A stretch of DNA of 64,000 nucleotides from Balanoglossus misakiensis (Eukaryota; Animalia; Hemichordata): positions 3,836,699 to 3,900,698 of the forward strand of contig CM082581.2 in NCBI GenBank assembly GCA_040954595.2, read 5' to 3'. Below, piece by piece: positions 48,901-61,229 of this stretch. The translations under genes and the position numbers were made by a program. The notes beneath the pieces are model-generated. The model searched no databases. It saw only the letters and a program-made list of their open reading frames with translations, and was not told the origin of the DNA. How positions within the stretch are numbered: the stretch's first letter is position 1; every line of letters starts with the position of its first letter.

Positions 48901-51800
48901 CCCTTAAGCCATATTTTTGAAAATTTCCAAAGTCACATGATTTGAAATTATGTCATGTAAGAAAATAAAAAATGCCATATTGCTGATAATAATTCAGCAT
49001 GTCTTCTTGTAAAAATGCATTTAAAATTATCTGTTGCTGATATAAACCTGCTATCAACTCACTTACCATGCACAACAACATAAGAGGTCTTCTGCCATAA
49101 ACATCTGAAGCTGAACCAATAACGGGGCTTGCCACGAATTGTAGAAATGAAAACAGTGATGATATTACCCCTGCAAGTTCAGCAAACAAAGTAAATGCAT
49201 TCAGCTGTTACTGGTAGAAAGTGTATGTACATGTCATTGTATTGCGTTATACAAATGTTAAAACATTACAAGCCTCCAAGGAGAGCCTATTGAGACAAAA
49301 TTCTTGCACATTGATATTATCATGATTTAGTGCAGACAGTAGTCAGTATATATACACATGATGACTGACAATGAGGGCAACAGTGTATTTTGATGACCAA
49401 GGGCGCTTCTAGTCACAACTAAAACAGTCTTGTTTTCCCAAGGGCATAGCCCGAGGGAAAACAGACTGTTTTGGTGTGACTGGCAGTCCCGAGGTCATCA
49501 AAAGTACACTGTTGCCGAATATGTCAGTCATCATGTGTTTTATAACACACCAAACCGATCGAACTGATGCCCTAGGCAACAGTTCAAAATGACTAAGGTC
49601 ACGTGACGTCGTATTGACGAATCACGATCGAGGGTTCGCTGCATGGTGTGTTATAATTCTACATGTACATGCTCGTGTCTCGGGGACAGGTTTTTCAGAA
49701 GAATGCCAGTCCTTTGAAATCTTTAAATTCTTTGCTACATCAAAGTGAGAGCGGCGTCTTTTTGAAACCAAAGAAGAAAACCGAGAGGCACAACTTATTT
49801 GTGTCAGGCTGTGTGATGAGAGCTCACCGAAAATTGCAACATATTAATTTTGGTTGTTGAACCATTTTTATAGAGGTAGGAATTGGGTTGAATGTTTTTT
49901 TGTATAAAGCTGACTTCTTTGCTGTGCTGCGTGACGTGCAGATCAGCACAGAAGGTTCTGAATTTGATTCCCGTTAAAAATACAAGCTTGTGTTAAGCCC
50001 CTCTAATCTGCCTTGCTGTTTGATGAATCATACAATATGCTGTGCACATGTCTACAAGATGGTTGTTGATCACTATGGAGACATTAATCAGCAATGATGC
50101 AAGGATCACAAATGATAATATTCAATATAAAGAATGGTGACATGTACATGTATCATACATGACTCTTCTGATATGATACAATGAAAATTTCAAAATATAA
50201 GATTTATATCTGCAATCAAACTGTCTCTTTATGTCACACTAAACTCGTTCACAACACTAGTACTGGCCTACACATGCGCATCTCAACACATTTGGTGTCA
50301 ATAGCAGTATTGCACGTTTATTTTTAAATTCAATGGAAATGTGACACACACATATTGCAATATGGACCACACAAGAGCATCAGCTTGTAAGCCTCTTTCT
50401 ATGAAATAAATATGCACATAAAATATAACAAGCTGGTGTTCTCTATGAGTGAAAGGTTTTTGTGATTTAAAGCCTCTAGAGCTGCCACCTTTTGCATTAT
50501 TTTCATGATTTTATTTTCCAACTTGAATTGGTCCATCTAAATAAGCTTACTGATACTAGGTATACATGAACACCTTATCGATGCCCGATTGTGGCTGTAT
50601 GTAGCGATTTGAAACTGCTATGTATTAAAACGGTGCCGCACCGATTTAATCAGCCTCCATACAAACAGTATGCAGCTACCGTAGTATGCGTCAACAAGAG
50701 ATGACAAAATGATGCAAATGCAAGTAATATGGCTTAATGGTGAGGATTTTAGAGGAAAGGGAATATATTTGAAGTATGTTACTGTGGAAAAAAAAGTGAA
50801 ATTTGGCAGCTATAGGGGCTTTAAGTGACCAAAGTCAGGATATACTATTTCCAAGCTTTCACTATCTCCGGTCTGCAGGTCTGTAACATGAAGACACACG
50901 GCAGGATATGAGAATTGCAGATACCGCGTATTGTATCACACACTGAAACTTACCACCAAAAAGAACCGAATTGTACTTTTCAATGTTGGGTACCCCGATG
51001 AAATCCTTGAAACTGTTGACTTGAGATGCCAGCATCTGATATAGACCATCCTGAAAATAACATATCCATACATCATCAGAATTTTCTGGGTGCATGAATT
51101 GAACCCTTGGATAATAGTTGACAATTGCGCTTGAGTCAACACTATGTTTAAGCAGGTCATGGAGGGGATATATTCATGCATTTCTAAATATCCTCAAAAT
51201 TTATTATCTGATCAGCATGAAACTTAAATTGCTAGCTCTACACATTTTTGAGACCCACACTCATTCCTAAAACAATGCAATATGTATGTTCTTTATGTTC
51301 ACTGCATAATCCAAATGGAAACTAATGCATCTATTGAGAATTTTTAGGAAAAGTTGGCTAGTCTAATTGAACAAAATCTGCTTTAAAATCACTTGGCCCA
51401 GCATGGGCAATATATTGTATAACTTTCTAGCTTAGACCGCTTCATGTTCAGTGACACATTTACAAAACTTGTATGGCATAAAAAACATAGAAGATGAAAG
51501 GTATACACTTTGTTCATAAGTGGCATTGAGTCTTTGACCAAAGTCTGAGATATTCAGAAAACAGATACTCACATCATTTTTCTTTCCGTAATAATCCAGC
51601 AATGACGGCAACAATGGTAGAATGACAGTAAATCCCAACAGATCAATAAGCAGTGATGTGAAGATCACATAAATCACACGCTGTGAATCCTTCTTGTCCA
51701 AACTGTCCACATTGGCTGTCTTTTTCGCTCCTCCATTTGTTTGAACAGATGAGACTGACTCCTCGATGAGACGGCCATTTCCACTTCCATTGCTCTCCAT
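42957..51800 (-). CDS. MFSD10: Major facilitator superfamily transporter, MFSD10/TETRAN-like, 13 coding exons
   Basis: Exons: 51573-51800, 50954-51050, 49067-49170, 48470-48628, 47780-47971, 47129-47225, 46394-46505, 46209-46264, 45893-45945, 45170-45260, 44396-44443, 43790-43879, 42957-43078 (TAG). Motifs LLIDLLGFTVILPLLP, GSASDVYGRRP (MFS motif A), ARIIGGISKGNVSLSTAIVTD, GIAFSLGFLFGP, LYSGLEFTLTFL, GIFRSLGALARAIGP. Confidence 0.92.
45646..45728. mobile_element. ~85-bp piggyBac-like mini element
   Basis: TTAC-CCCTTTCACC ... GGTGAAAGAG-TTAA; a related copy lies at 52155-52246 (CTAACCTTTCACC ... GGTGAAAGGGTTAG). Confidence 0.55.
48234..48442. mobile_element. ~205-bp Tc1/mariner-type MITE, TA TSD
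   Basis: TA|CTGTAAAACACTTTATTTTC ... GAAAATAAAGTGTTTTACAG|TA, a perfect 20-bp TIR. Confidence 0.85.
49354..49656. mobile_element. Asymmetric element: ~185-nt imperfect hairpin, then a segment bounded by 13-bp inverted repeats
   Basis: Hairpin 49354-49538; IR TTATAACACACCA (49540-52) / TGGTGTGTTATAA (49644-56); subterminal CGAATCACGATCGAG. Confidence 0.8.
50471..50820. mobile_element. TTAA-flanked Kolobok-like MITE, family 2
   Basis: TTAA|AGCCTCTAGAGCTGCCA ... TGGCAGCTATAGGGGCT|TTAA; same core as 19542-19827. Confidence 0.8.
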
Positions 51801-52535
51801 GGTTTTATGTGCAGTCTTGCCTGACAGACTGAAGAGCTATCCCACAATGCAGCTGTCCAGCTGTAACATTTACAAAACCCTGATTGGATCACAAGTGATC
51901 TGCTGTCTGCTGTCCAAAATGTGTCGATTATAGACACACCATATGTGCAATATTCAGACCTGTAATTATACGATAGAGAGTTATATTGTTATTCACTCAA
52001 CAGAGTCTTTCAAGATAAAATCCACTAAGTTATAAGTGTAATTTATCGCCAACATTCAATAAAGCTGATTGTGTATATTACTTAATGTTCACACTTGGCA
52101 AACAAACACAAGCTGACACTGTTGTACAATCTGTTCACTGACATCACAGATTTGCTAACCTTTCACCCCTTTTCCCTTTGGAAAGGTCCAACTTTGCCAC
52201 AGAAAACAATAGATTTTAGACCAATCCATGGTGGTGAAAGGGTTAGAGAAAAATAAATATATAATTTGTCCTCAGAATAAGGAGTTCAGTGTAGTTTTTT
52301 TAGCAACATGTATGCCTATCAGTATTGAGTAATACAGAGTCAGTGTAATTTTCTGCCTATTCATAAGCACAGCTGAGATGGCTGCACCTACTGACAGTCA
52401 GTGGTGACTACCATTGTGCAAAGTTAGTAGTCAGTGAGGAACAATTGGTAGTCAGTTAGCATGTGATTAATGCAAATTTCGAGCCCAGATTACTTAGATG
52501 CCATTGGCATTCAAACAGTGACCTAATCTACACCT

Positions 52536-52747
52536 ATCTGGTTAAAATCAGATGTAGGGTATGGCGACATCATTTACTTACATGGGTAAGGTATTCTTAT
52601 GCTCTAGTGTGAGGTGGGACAGCATAAGAATATCATACCATGAAGTAAAAGACGTCGCCGTATACTATATCAGATTTTGATCAGATTGCTTCTACACTTG
52701 CAACCCTGACCGCATACAGGTGAGATGTAGGGTGGGGTTGGTATAAG
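52536..52747. repeat. ~150-nt degenerate hairpin with short tail, probably the same element class
   Basis: Arms ATCTGGTTAAAATC..GGCGAC..TATTCTTATGCT and AGCATAAGAATA..GTCGCC..GATTTTGATCAGAT (52536-52686); the tail ends GGGTTGGTATAAG. Confidence 0.65.
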
Positions 52748-53379
52748 GTTTTACTTCGCTCTAAAATCAGTGCAGGCATAACCTTGACAGTTCGAACATT
52801 AACACATGTCAAACTACAGAGAACACCACACAATTTTTCGTTGAATATGGTGATCAAAAGTCTACATACAATGTATTTGGCCAATCTTCAATATAATGGG
52901 TCAAAGGTCAATAGATCGTAATGTCAAGACATGATTGCGAGGGTCAACGTTCAGACATTTCCATGGCCAGATTGAAATGTTATATAGGAGACCAAAAACT
53001 TTCTGCCACAAAGGAGGAGGATTATTCTGCAGTGTTATCTTTTCACATGGAAACTTTGTTTATGTATATATTTACATAATTTCTAAATTCAATTTTATCA
53101 AAAGTTCCACCGTGAAAAACCTGCATTAATTAGTTGAAGGGGACAAAACTGCAGTACATCATGTGTTTATTCAGTTCCAAAATTGCCAATGTGCATCCAG
53201 AAGCCGAGCGGAGTCCTGTGTACATGTGGACTGTTAATGTTGGGGGGGGGGGGGGGGGGGGTCAAAGCATACAAAATGTATATAATGCCCCTCCCCCTCC
53301 TTCCTTGGGCCGCCAAGATCCTCAGTGACAGTTATACCTTGGTTAAAACTTACACTTCATGGCAGTCTAGCCGATACAC

Positions 53380-53770
53380 GTACTTACTTTCTATCCTTAT
53401 CGTCTTTCACTTGTGACACTTCTGCTATTGCACCAGGAAACCACTTGTTTCTTCGTCGAGTCAATGAACTTCAAATGTGACAGAAGATCCCGTCCGTTCA
53501 GCTCATTATAATTCAGGCCAGACGTATTATCGTGTCACTGAATGTTCACAACAGATATATGCGAGTCAATCAAGAACTAAACACTTACGTTACACCTATC
53601 AGACAGAAAATCGTGAGATAACAGTCCGACCGGGAACAAGGAAATAACTTGAACACACAATCGTCGGCTTGCACTCGGTTTCACTGAAAATCAAGACACT
53701 TCCGGTATACATTTTATACAGAAGAAGTTTGCAGTTAAAGTTAAACATAGAGGGCGCTATATACATCAGT
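53380..53770 (-). promoter_or_regulatory. Putative MFSD10 promoter and non-coding first exon(s)
   Basis: CpG-enriched; ETS-like CACTTCCGGT at 53697-706; minus-strand GTAAGT donors at ~53382-87 and ~53583-88; acceptor near 51959 upstream of the ATG exon. Confidence 0.4.
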
Positions 53771-56700
53771 GCAATGGATCTTGATGAGACGTTCAAGACC
53801 TAAAAGTTTCAAATTTGCATAGTTTATACGTGGAATTATCGCTATGGCCTTAAATCCTGAGTTATTGTGAACAAATTCTATCGGAAACTTTGTATTTTGA
53901 CCAGCATTAGGCTTCTGAAGACTTAAATCTCTGTATGTTATATAAGAGTTCAGTAGGAAGATACACAAATTTCTTTTTTACTGTGGGAAAATTGAAACCC
54001 CCTGTCTGGAAATTTATATTTGACATCCTAGAGCTAATATACAGGCAGTGGCTTTTCTTTAAATGATGCTTTGAGATTTGTTAATGCTTGCTTTAGCAGA
54101 CGTTTTAGTGCAAACTTCAAGTAAATGAATTGAGACTGAATTAATTTATAGAAAACATCTGATATCTGGATTGGAAATCTGCACATCAACTGACTGCATG
54201 ATTAGCTTTAAAATTGTTGGTAATTGTTTTGGAAACCTTTCTTTGCCAGTTCAATTGCCAATTAAAATTTTAGACACCAAGTATTTGTGAAAGTAATTGT
54301 TATTGCTGTCTGCAAACAGCCAATCAGGCCAAGCTTATTGTACAACTCCTTGTATCATATTGCATCATCACTGAATGAAGGGCTATGATGAATCATCACT
54401 AAGGCTGTTCCCATGCACCATGCACTCCACCATTTGAAAATATGCGTTTTACGTCCCATTTGTTAAGTGAGGTGTTTGACATTGCAACTAAGGAGTATTG
54501 GCAGAACAGCATTGCTAATCTACCAATGTTGCTCTCCCCCAACATAAATTCTAAGGAGGGACCATCAATTTTTGTCATAACTTTCTAGGGGGGGGGGGGG
54601 GGGGTCATAGAAAAAATCACAGGGTATTAAAATGGAAAATCCTTCAGGCCCCCCTGGAAGTATTTTCTGAACAGTCCCTTAGAAATGTATTTTCCCATTT
54701 TTGAGGTTTTCATGTTGATTTGAACTTTCATGCTGACATTCAAGTTCACATCCTCCCACCTCATCACATCTACACATTAAATTTAACTGCATTCAAAACT
54801 AACACATGCAAATACATACACAAACACAATAAAGGTTACTTTTAATAGATGAGGAACGGCTCATGTGCTTTATTGGATGAACTGAAAATTTACCCCGCAC
54901 CAAAACCCAGAGATAAGGGAAACCCTCTGGGAAAGCGTAAGTAACTATAAAGATTCACCAAATTTACAAATAATTGTATTTGAATCAAGCCTCTTGAAAA
55001 CTTAAGTTTTAAATGGTCATGCTAATCTGGCATACAAAATAATAAATTTAGAGAGCCTGTACCTGTAACTTTAGGTACAGAACATTGTTATTATTTGCAA
55101 ATGTATTCAATTCTGGTCTTGAATACAATTGTTAACAATAACAATTAAACTTAAACTGTTCAAAAATAATAAATACTTTACAAATGTAAACTGAAAGTGT
55201 GTAAAATATAGAAAACTTGAAAAGACCACAATGTAAAGTTTTTTATTGTTAAAAATGTATAAATAATGTGTTGCCTGTAAGCCATGTTGCATAGGCTCAA
55301 TGCTATTCAATTTATGAGCGAATTTACTGCTATTATGCCCCCCCCCCCCCCCCCCCTCAATAGAATAATCGAATTATGCCTATAAGGCTTTTACAAACAC
55401 ATTATTTATGTATTTATGAAGAAAATGCTCATCAAAAAATCTCAAAGATCCCCAAATTGGGGAAAAAGGCATTATCATTGAGATGAAAGTTGAAATTTCA
55501 TGTGCACACAAACACACACTTAAACTGTTCAAAAATAATAAAAACTTTGCAATGTCAAGCGAAAGCAAATCGGAACCTTCTCATCTGATATAGTTATTGG
55601 AAAAATTTCATTAAAGTCTCCCAAACATTCAGGGAAAAAAGGCAGACACAGAATGAGTGTTCAAATGTAAAATAACCGAAAGTGTGTAAAATATAGAAAA
55701 CTTGTAAATACCACAATGTAAAGTTTTTTATTGTTAAAAATGTATAAATAATGTGTTGCCTGTAAGCCATGTTGCATATGCTCCTTGCTATTCAATTTAT
55801 GAGTGAATTTACTGCTATTATGCCCCCCCCCTCAATAGAATAATCAAATTATGCCTATAAGGCTTTTACAAACACATTATTTATGTATTTATGAAGAAAA
55901 TGCTCATAAAAAAATCTCAAAGATCCCAAAATTGGGGAAAAAGGCATTATCACTGAAATGAAAGTTGAAATCTTCATGTGCACAAACACACACTTAAACT
56001 GTTCAAAAATACTAAAAACTTTGCAATGTCAAGCGAAAGCAAATCGGAACCTTCTCATCTGATATAGTTATTGGAAAAATTTCATTAAAGTCTCCCAAAC
56101 ATTCAGGGAAAAAAGGCAGACACAGAATGAGTGTTCAAATGTAAAATAACTGAAAGTGTGTAAAATCAAAAAAACTTGAAAAAACCACAATGTAAACTTT
56201 TTTTATTGTAGAAAAATGTATAAATAATGTGTTGCCTGTAAGCCATGTTGCATAGGCTCCTTCCTATTCAATTTATGAGCGAATTTACTGCTATTATGCC
56301 CCCCCCCCTCAATAGAATAATCGAATTATGCCTATATGGCTTTTGCAAACACATTATTTATATATTTATAAAGAAAATTCTCATCAAAAAATCTCTAAAA
56401 ATGTGTAAAATAATCAGTGACGTCAAGCAAAATCATAAAAAAATGTGAAGAATATAACAGATATACCGGTATATCAAACTAAATGTTGAACACTACCCAT
56501 GCACGTGAGAAGCAAATAATGAACTGATCCCAGGAAACTATACTGGACTTGAAGGATCTATTGCAATTGTTTTTTCATCATCAAATGCATATGGTATTAC
56601 CAAATATATTGCAAATTGACACCTTCTTATCTGTTATAGCCATTGGGAAAACTTCATTAAAGACACCCCCAACATCAGAGGGGGAAAAGACACATACGGA

Positions 56701-56928
56701 GATCAATGTTAAAATGTTGACACACACAAACATATATATTCTTTATTTATTTTATTGGAAAGTACATTGAAGAACGCGGCAGATGTAATAAGGCATTGTA
56801 GAACGCGGCAGATGTAATACGGCATCAAATGAATTGAAGAGGGACAGCCATCTGGTGACTTCTTCTGCAAGGGTGGTGAACCAGCTTCATCCGATAACCA
56901 AATACAACCGACAACTCAAGACACCAAA

Positions 56929-57165
56929 GACCATGAGAATGAATTCAAAAATATAACCATGGCAACCCCATATGCCAAAATACAACCAGAGAGTACTCCC
57001 AAACACCCAAAGACCATGAGAATTCAAATATGAATTCAAAAATATCACCATGGCAACCACATATGCCAGAACACAACCGGAGAGTACTCCCATACACCCA
57101 AAGACCATGAGAATTCAAATATGAAATCAAAATATAATCATGGCAACCCCATATGCCAAAATAGA
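56929..57165. repeat. Same 91-bp satellite, only ~2.6 copies
   Basis: Same unit at the paralogous position. Confidence 0.92.
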
Positions 57166-57369
57166 ACTAATGAACTCCAAAAAAATCAATACATCCATAA
57201 CACTCCCAGTCACCTATCAAAAATCGCAGACATAGAAAACAATCAGGAAAGGATGTTGGAGCAGTCTTGCCACTGCTCATCAAGATGCACTACAGAATGA
57301 AAATAAATAACACCACTCGCAAACAAATATACTTCATACATGCATAGAGGTACACAATCACACAGATCC

Positions 57370-58190
57370 TTGGGTAGGGTAGGATACAGGGCAGGGCTGG
57401 GGACAAGGCAACTAGGGGAAAGGACAGGGCAGGGAGCAGGCCTTGGTAAAGGGGCAGGACAGGGAACAGCTAGCATACCGGTAGGGGGTATGACAGGGAA
57501 TTGGGTAGAGGGCAGGACAGGCATGGAACAGGGTAGAGGGGTCAGGACGTGGACAGGGAACAGGGTAGAGGGGAGGGCAGGACAGGGAACAAGGGTAAAG
57601 GGACAGGCAGGGAACAGGGTAGAGGGGTCAGGACTTGGACAGGGAACAGGGTAGAGGGGAGGGCAGGACAGGGAACAGGGTAGAGGGCAGGACAGGGAAC
57701 AGGGTAGAGGGCAGGACGGGGAACAGGGTAGAGGGGAGGGCAGGACAGGGAACAGGGTAGAGGGCAGGACAGGGAACAGGGTAGAGGGCAGGACAGGGAA
57801 CAGGGTAGAGGGGAGGGCAGGACAGGGAACAGGGTAGAGGGCAGGACAGGGAACAGGGTAGAGGGCAGGACAGGGAACAGGGTAGAGGGCAGGACAGGGA
57901 ACAGGGTAGAGGGCAGGACAGGGAACAGGGTAGAGGGGAGGGCAGGACAGGGAACAGGGTAGAGGGCAGGACAGGGAACAGGGTAGAGGGCAGGACAGGG
58001 AACAGGGTAGAGGGGAGGGCAGGACAGGGAACAGGGTAGAGGGCAGGACAGGGAACAGGGTAGAGAGGCAGGGCAGGGAACAGGGACAAGGCAGCTAGGG
58101 AACAGGGGAGAGGGTAGAGGGGTCAGGACAGGGCAAGACTGGGGCAGGAGAAGATGGGAACAGGGAACAGAGTAGAAGGGACAGATTTAG
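57370..58190 (+). repeat. G-rich minisatellite (24/29-bp unit), G-quadruplex potential
   Basis: (GGGTAGAGGGCAGGACAGGGAACA)n with interspersed 29-bp GGGGAGGG variants, homogeneous from ~57640 to 58085. Confidence 0.93.
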
Positions 58191-58287
58191 CAGGCTGAAG
58201 AAGAAGAAATCCCACAATACCAATAGGGGCCATTAAACCTCTATTTCTTCTACATTACCAAATCATACTTTCAAAATGTACTAGTAA

Positions 58288-59068
58288 GGCTGCATTCACA
58301 AACACCTCTGGAGGGGGGGGGGGGGCGGGAGAATTCAATTTTTTTTACCGCTAATTTTCACATGCCCCCCTTCCGAACTGCCAATATTTTCAAATCCCCC
58401 CCTTCCGAACTGCCCAAATTTTGAAATCCCCCCCCCCCCATTTTCTTTCACAGAGCAAAACACATCACCTATCTATCTTGTAAAAAGAAAAAGAGCGCTC
58501 CCATAAAAAGAATTTGAAGCTGATGTTTCCCCTCATCAGTAGGTATTAAAACTGAACATTGTTTTTATTTTTTAAGTTCATATATTTGTATTCTGTGTTG
58601 GGAGACATTGTAAACCGAGAATTGAAGGGGGTGGGTTTTCTAAAATACAGAGCTCAAAGCTGCATTTTAATGAACCCGGCAAAAGCAAATGAACTCAACT
58701 ACCGGTATGTTGGGGAGGACAAATTTAACCGTCGCCGCTCAAAGTTATCATGGGGTGGGGCAAGTCCCCTGATCTGGGACACTAGATAAACCAGTCAATG
58801 ATTGAAAGGTGTTGATGAATGGAGGGGGTGGGTGTGGGAGGGGGTGTCCCCCTCCCACATTAGAAAATTTTGTAAAATAAAGGGCGCGAAACTGCATTTT
58901 TGTGGACTCAAAATAAATATTTAGTCGTTAAAGTTTTCAAGTCCCCCCCTTTCAGTCCCTAAATTATTTCAAATCCCCCCCCTTCCCCCCTTACATACCC
59001 TCAATTTTTTCAAATCCCCCCCCTCAATTCTCCTGCCCCCCCCTCCAGAGGTGTTTGTGAATGCAGCC
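58288..59068. mobile_element. PIF/Harbinger-type MITE, second copy, TAA TSD
   Basis: Same TIRs, TAA at 58285-87 and 59069-71. The paralogous site in the left duplicate is empty (ACTAGAAAATCATG near 4778-4791). Confidence 0.92.
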
Positions 59069-61229
59069 TAAATCATGCCTATATCAAGTACAATAATGAA
59101 AAAAGGACAATTCAAGTTTATAGAGAGAGAGAGAGCAAGTCGATCAATATGTGGTGATAGTTAACTGTTTATTGTCATGTTTGCTTTCTAAACACAACTG
59201 TTTTACACAAGTTTCGTAGCAATACAGGAATAATGCTGTATTCCCCTTTTATTTTTTAACATGTAGCTTATCTGAACTTTACTTTTTCTATTATGAATGG
59301 TAAACACCTGAAGGCTGCTGTATCCAGTGCAATTACCAATAGTGCTAATTTACACAGTGCTTTACAGTTACGCGCAATGATTATTGTGCCTATATAAGAC
59401 CCAACAACCTTCAGGTTATTCTGAACAAATCAGTGATAATTTAGGACTGCAATAAAGCAAAAGGGTGGGATTTATTTAAAAGTATTCTATTTCAATAGCA
59501 TACTTAATGCAGTTTTGGCATAATGAAACGTGCACTTTGCAATTTAATTTTAACCTGCTCCCTCTCTCTATGACACAATCACAAAAAATTGCAATATGGA
59601 TCATAATAACTGAGGTTAGGATTATACAATGTCCAATTGCAACAAATGTGGGGAAGTTCTGTTCTTGAAATGACGATAAAACCAAACAAAGTTGAAGTTG
59701 ATCACTGAAATAAAGTCATCTTGTCCAGGAAAACACCTCTGCATCTGATGCCCTCTGTTTTGAATTCAGGCATGTATCAGGACTTCTTTCCTAGAACAAA
59801 AGACAAAATTACACTTACCTTAAATTGATTTATCATAGCAACTAAAAGACATTAAAATGGCGACGATCTTCTTATGCGCATGTGCCAGACCAGAGACTCT
59901 GGTTACAAAAACTGTATGCAGTCAATGCCACGCATAAGGCAGTGAGAGTGCTGTCCTAACAACAGACAAGTTGGCGGTGACCATAGTCTGTGTCAGAGAT
60001 CGGGAAAAGACAGCAAATTGGGTGAAAAGAAGGGACAAAACTAAAGTCTACTTATACAGTGCACATGAAATATGGAAGGAAGCGAAGGCAGTCAACTATT
60101 TGAATGCGTAAATTAAAATGCAAAATTTGCAGAACATTTGGATTGGACATAATGTTTGCACACATGAAATTACGTACATGCGCATAAGACGATCGTTGGC
60201 CTTCAACTTCCACACAGAAACAAAAATGTGCTCCTGTCAAACACTCAGACCGCATGCATAGGACATGGGTCTAGAATGTGACAACATTCAATCAGGTAAT
60301 TTCTTAATCTCCATGTAATACATGTATGCTTGTTGGTGCCCCTTGACAGCCAGACAACAATTAATAAGTACAGTTTATTTCAAGAAGTCTGGAGAATATT
60401 TAAAATCATGAGTAACTGTCTTGCACTGAGGACACTGTAGTCCCATATGGGGATTACACAGAAATAGATGTACACCAGAATAACTGGATATGAACTGAAT
60501 ATCCTCGCGTGATTCATGACAGGATCATTTTGGAGCGTTGATTCATTGTGCTGCTATGCAAGAACCGATAACCTCAGGTACAAATGAGAAACTACTTTAA
60601 ACAGACTCTTATCCAAAGTTAACTGAGATTTAATGGAGATGTAATGCCATAAAAATGAGTTGATCATAGCTCCGAACAACTCTTTCCTATGTAGATCCTA
60701 CATCGTGCTGCGATGTAAGAACCGATAACCTCAGGTACGGTACATATGCGAAACTGCTTTGAACAAACTCTTATCCAGAGTTTAAATAAAATTTGGAGAC
60801 GTAATGCCACAAAAATGAGTTTATCATAGCTCCGAACAACTCTTTCCTATGTATATAGATCCATGGATGGTAGATCCTACATCGCTAATCCCACTATGAA
60901 GATATGGCCATGGCACTGTGTGTATTCCCAGCGTTACATAGGAACTGAGTAGGTTGCTGTCGCCATGGCCAGCTGGTCACCCAGTTTCAACAATTAATTT
61001 TTACCATTACATCAGGTAGCTGGCCTGTCTATGGTCTGTGCATAAGCTAATTGAAGTTTGGGACGTGTAAAATTGTTCGGCTGTCTTTAAATTCAATACA
61101 GTTTTTATGTCATCCACTATATGAAACAGCAATAATTGATTCAGACAAAACAATGTGTACATGTATAAATGTCAATCAGTTTCTTTTTGTACCTATTGAA
61201 ACGTACAGAAGTTGATCAAACACTGCCGT

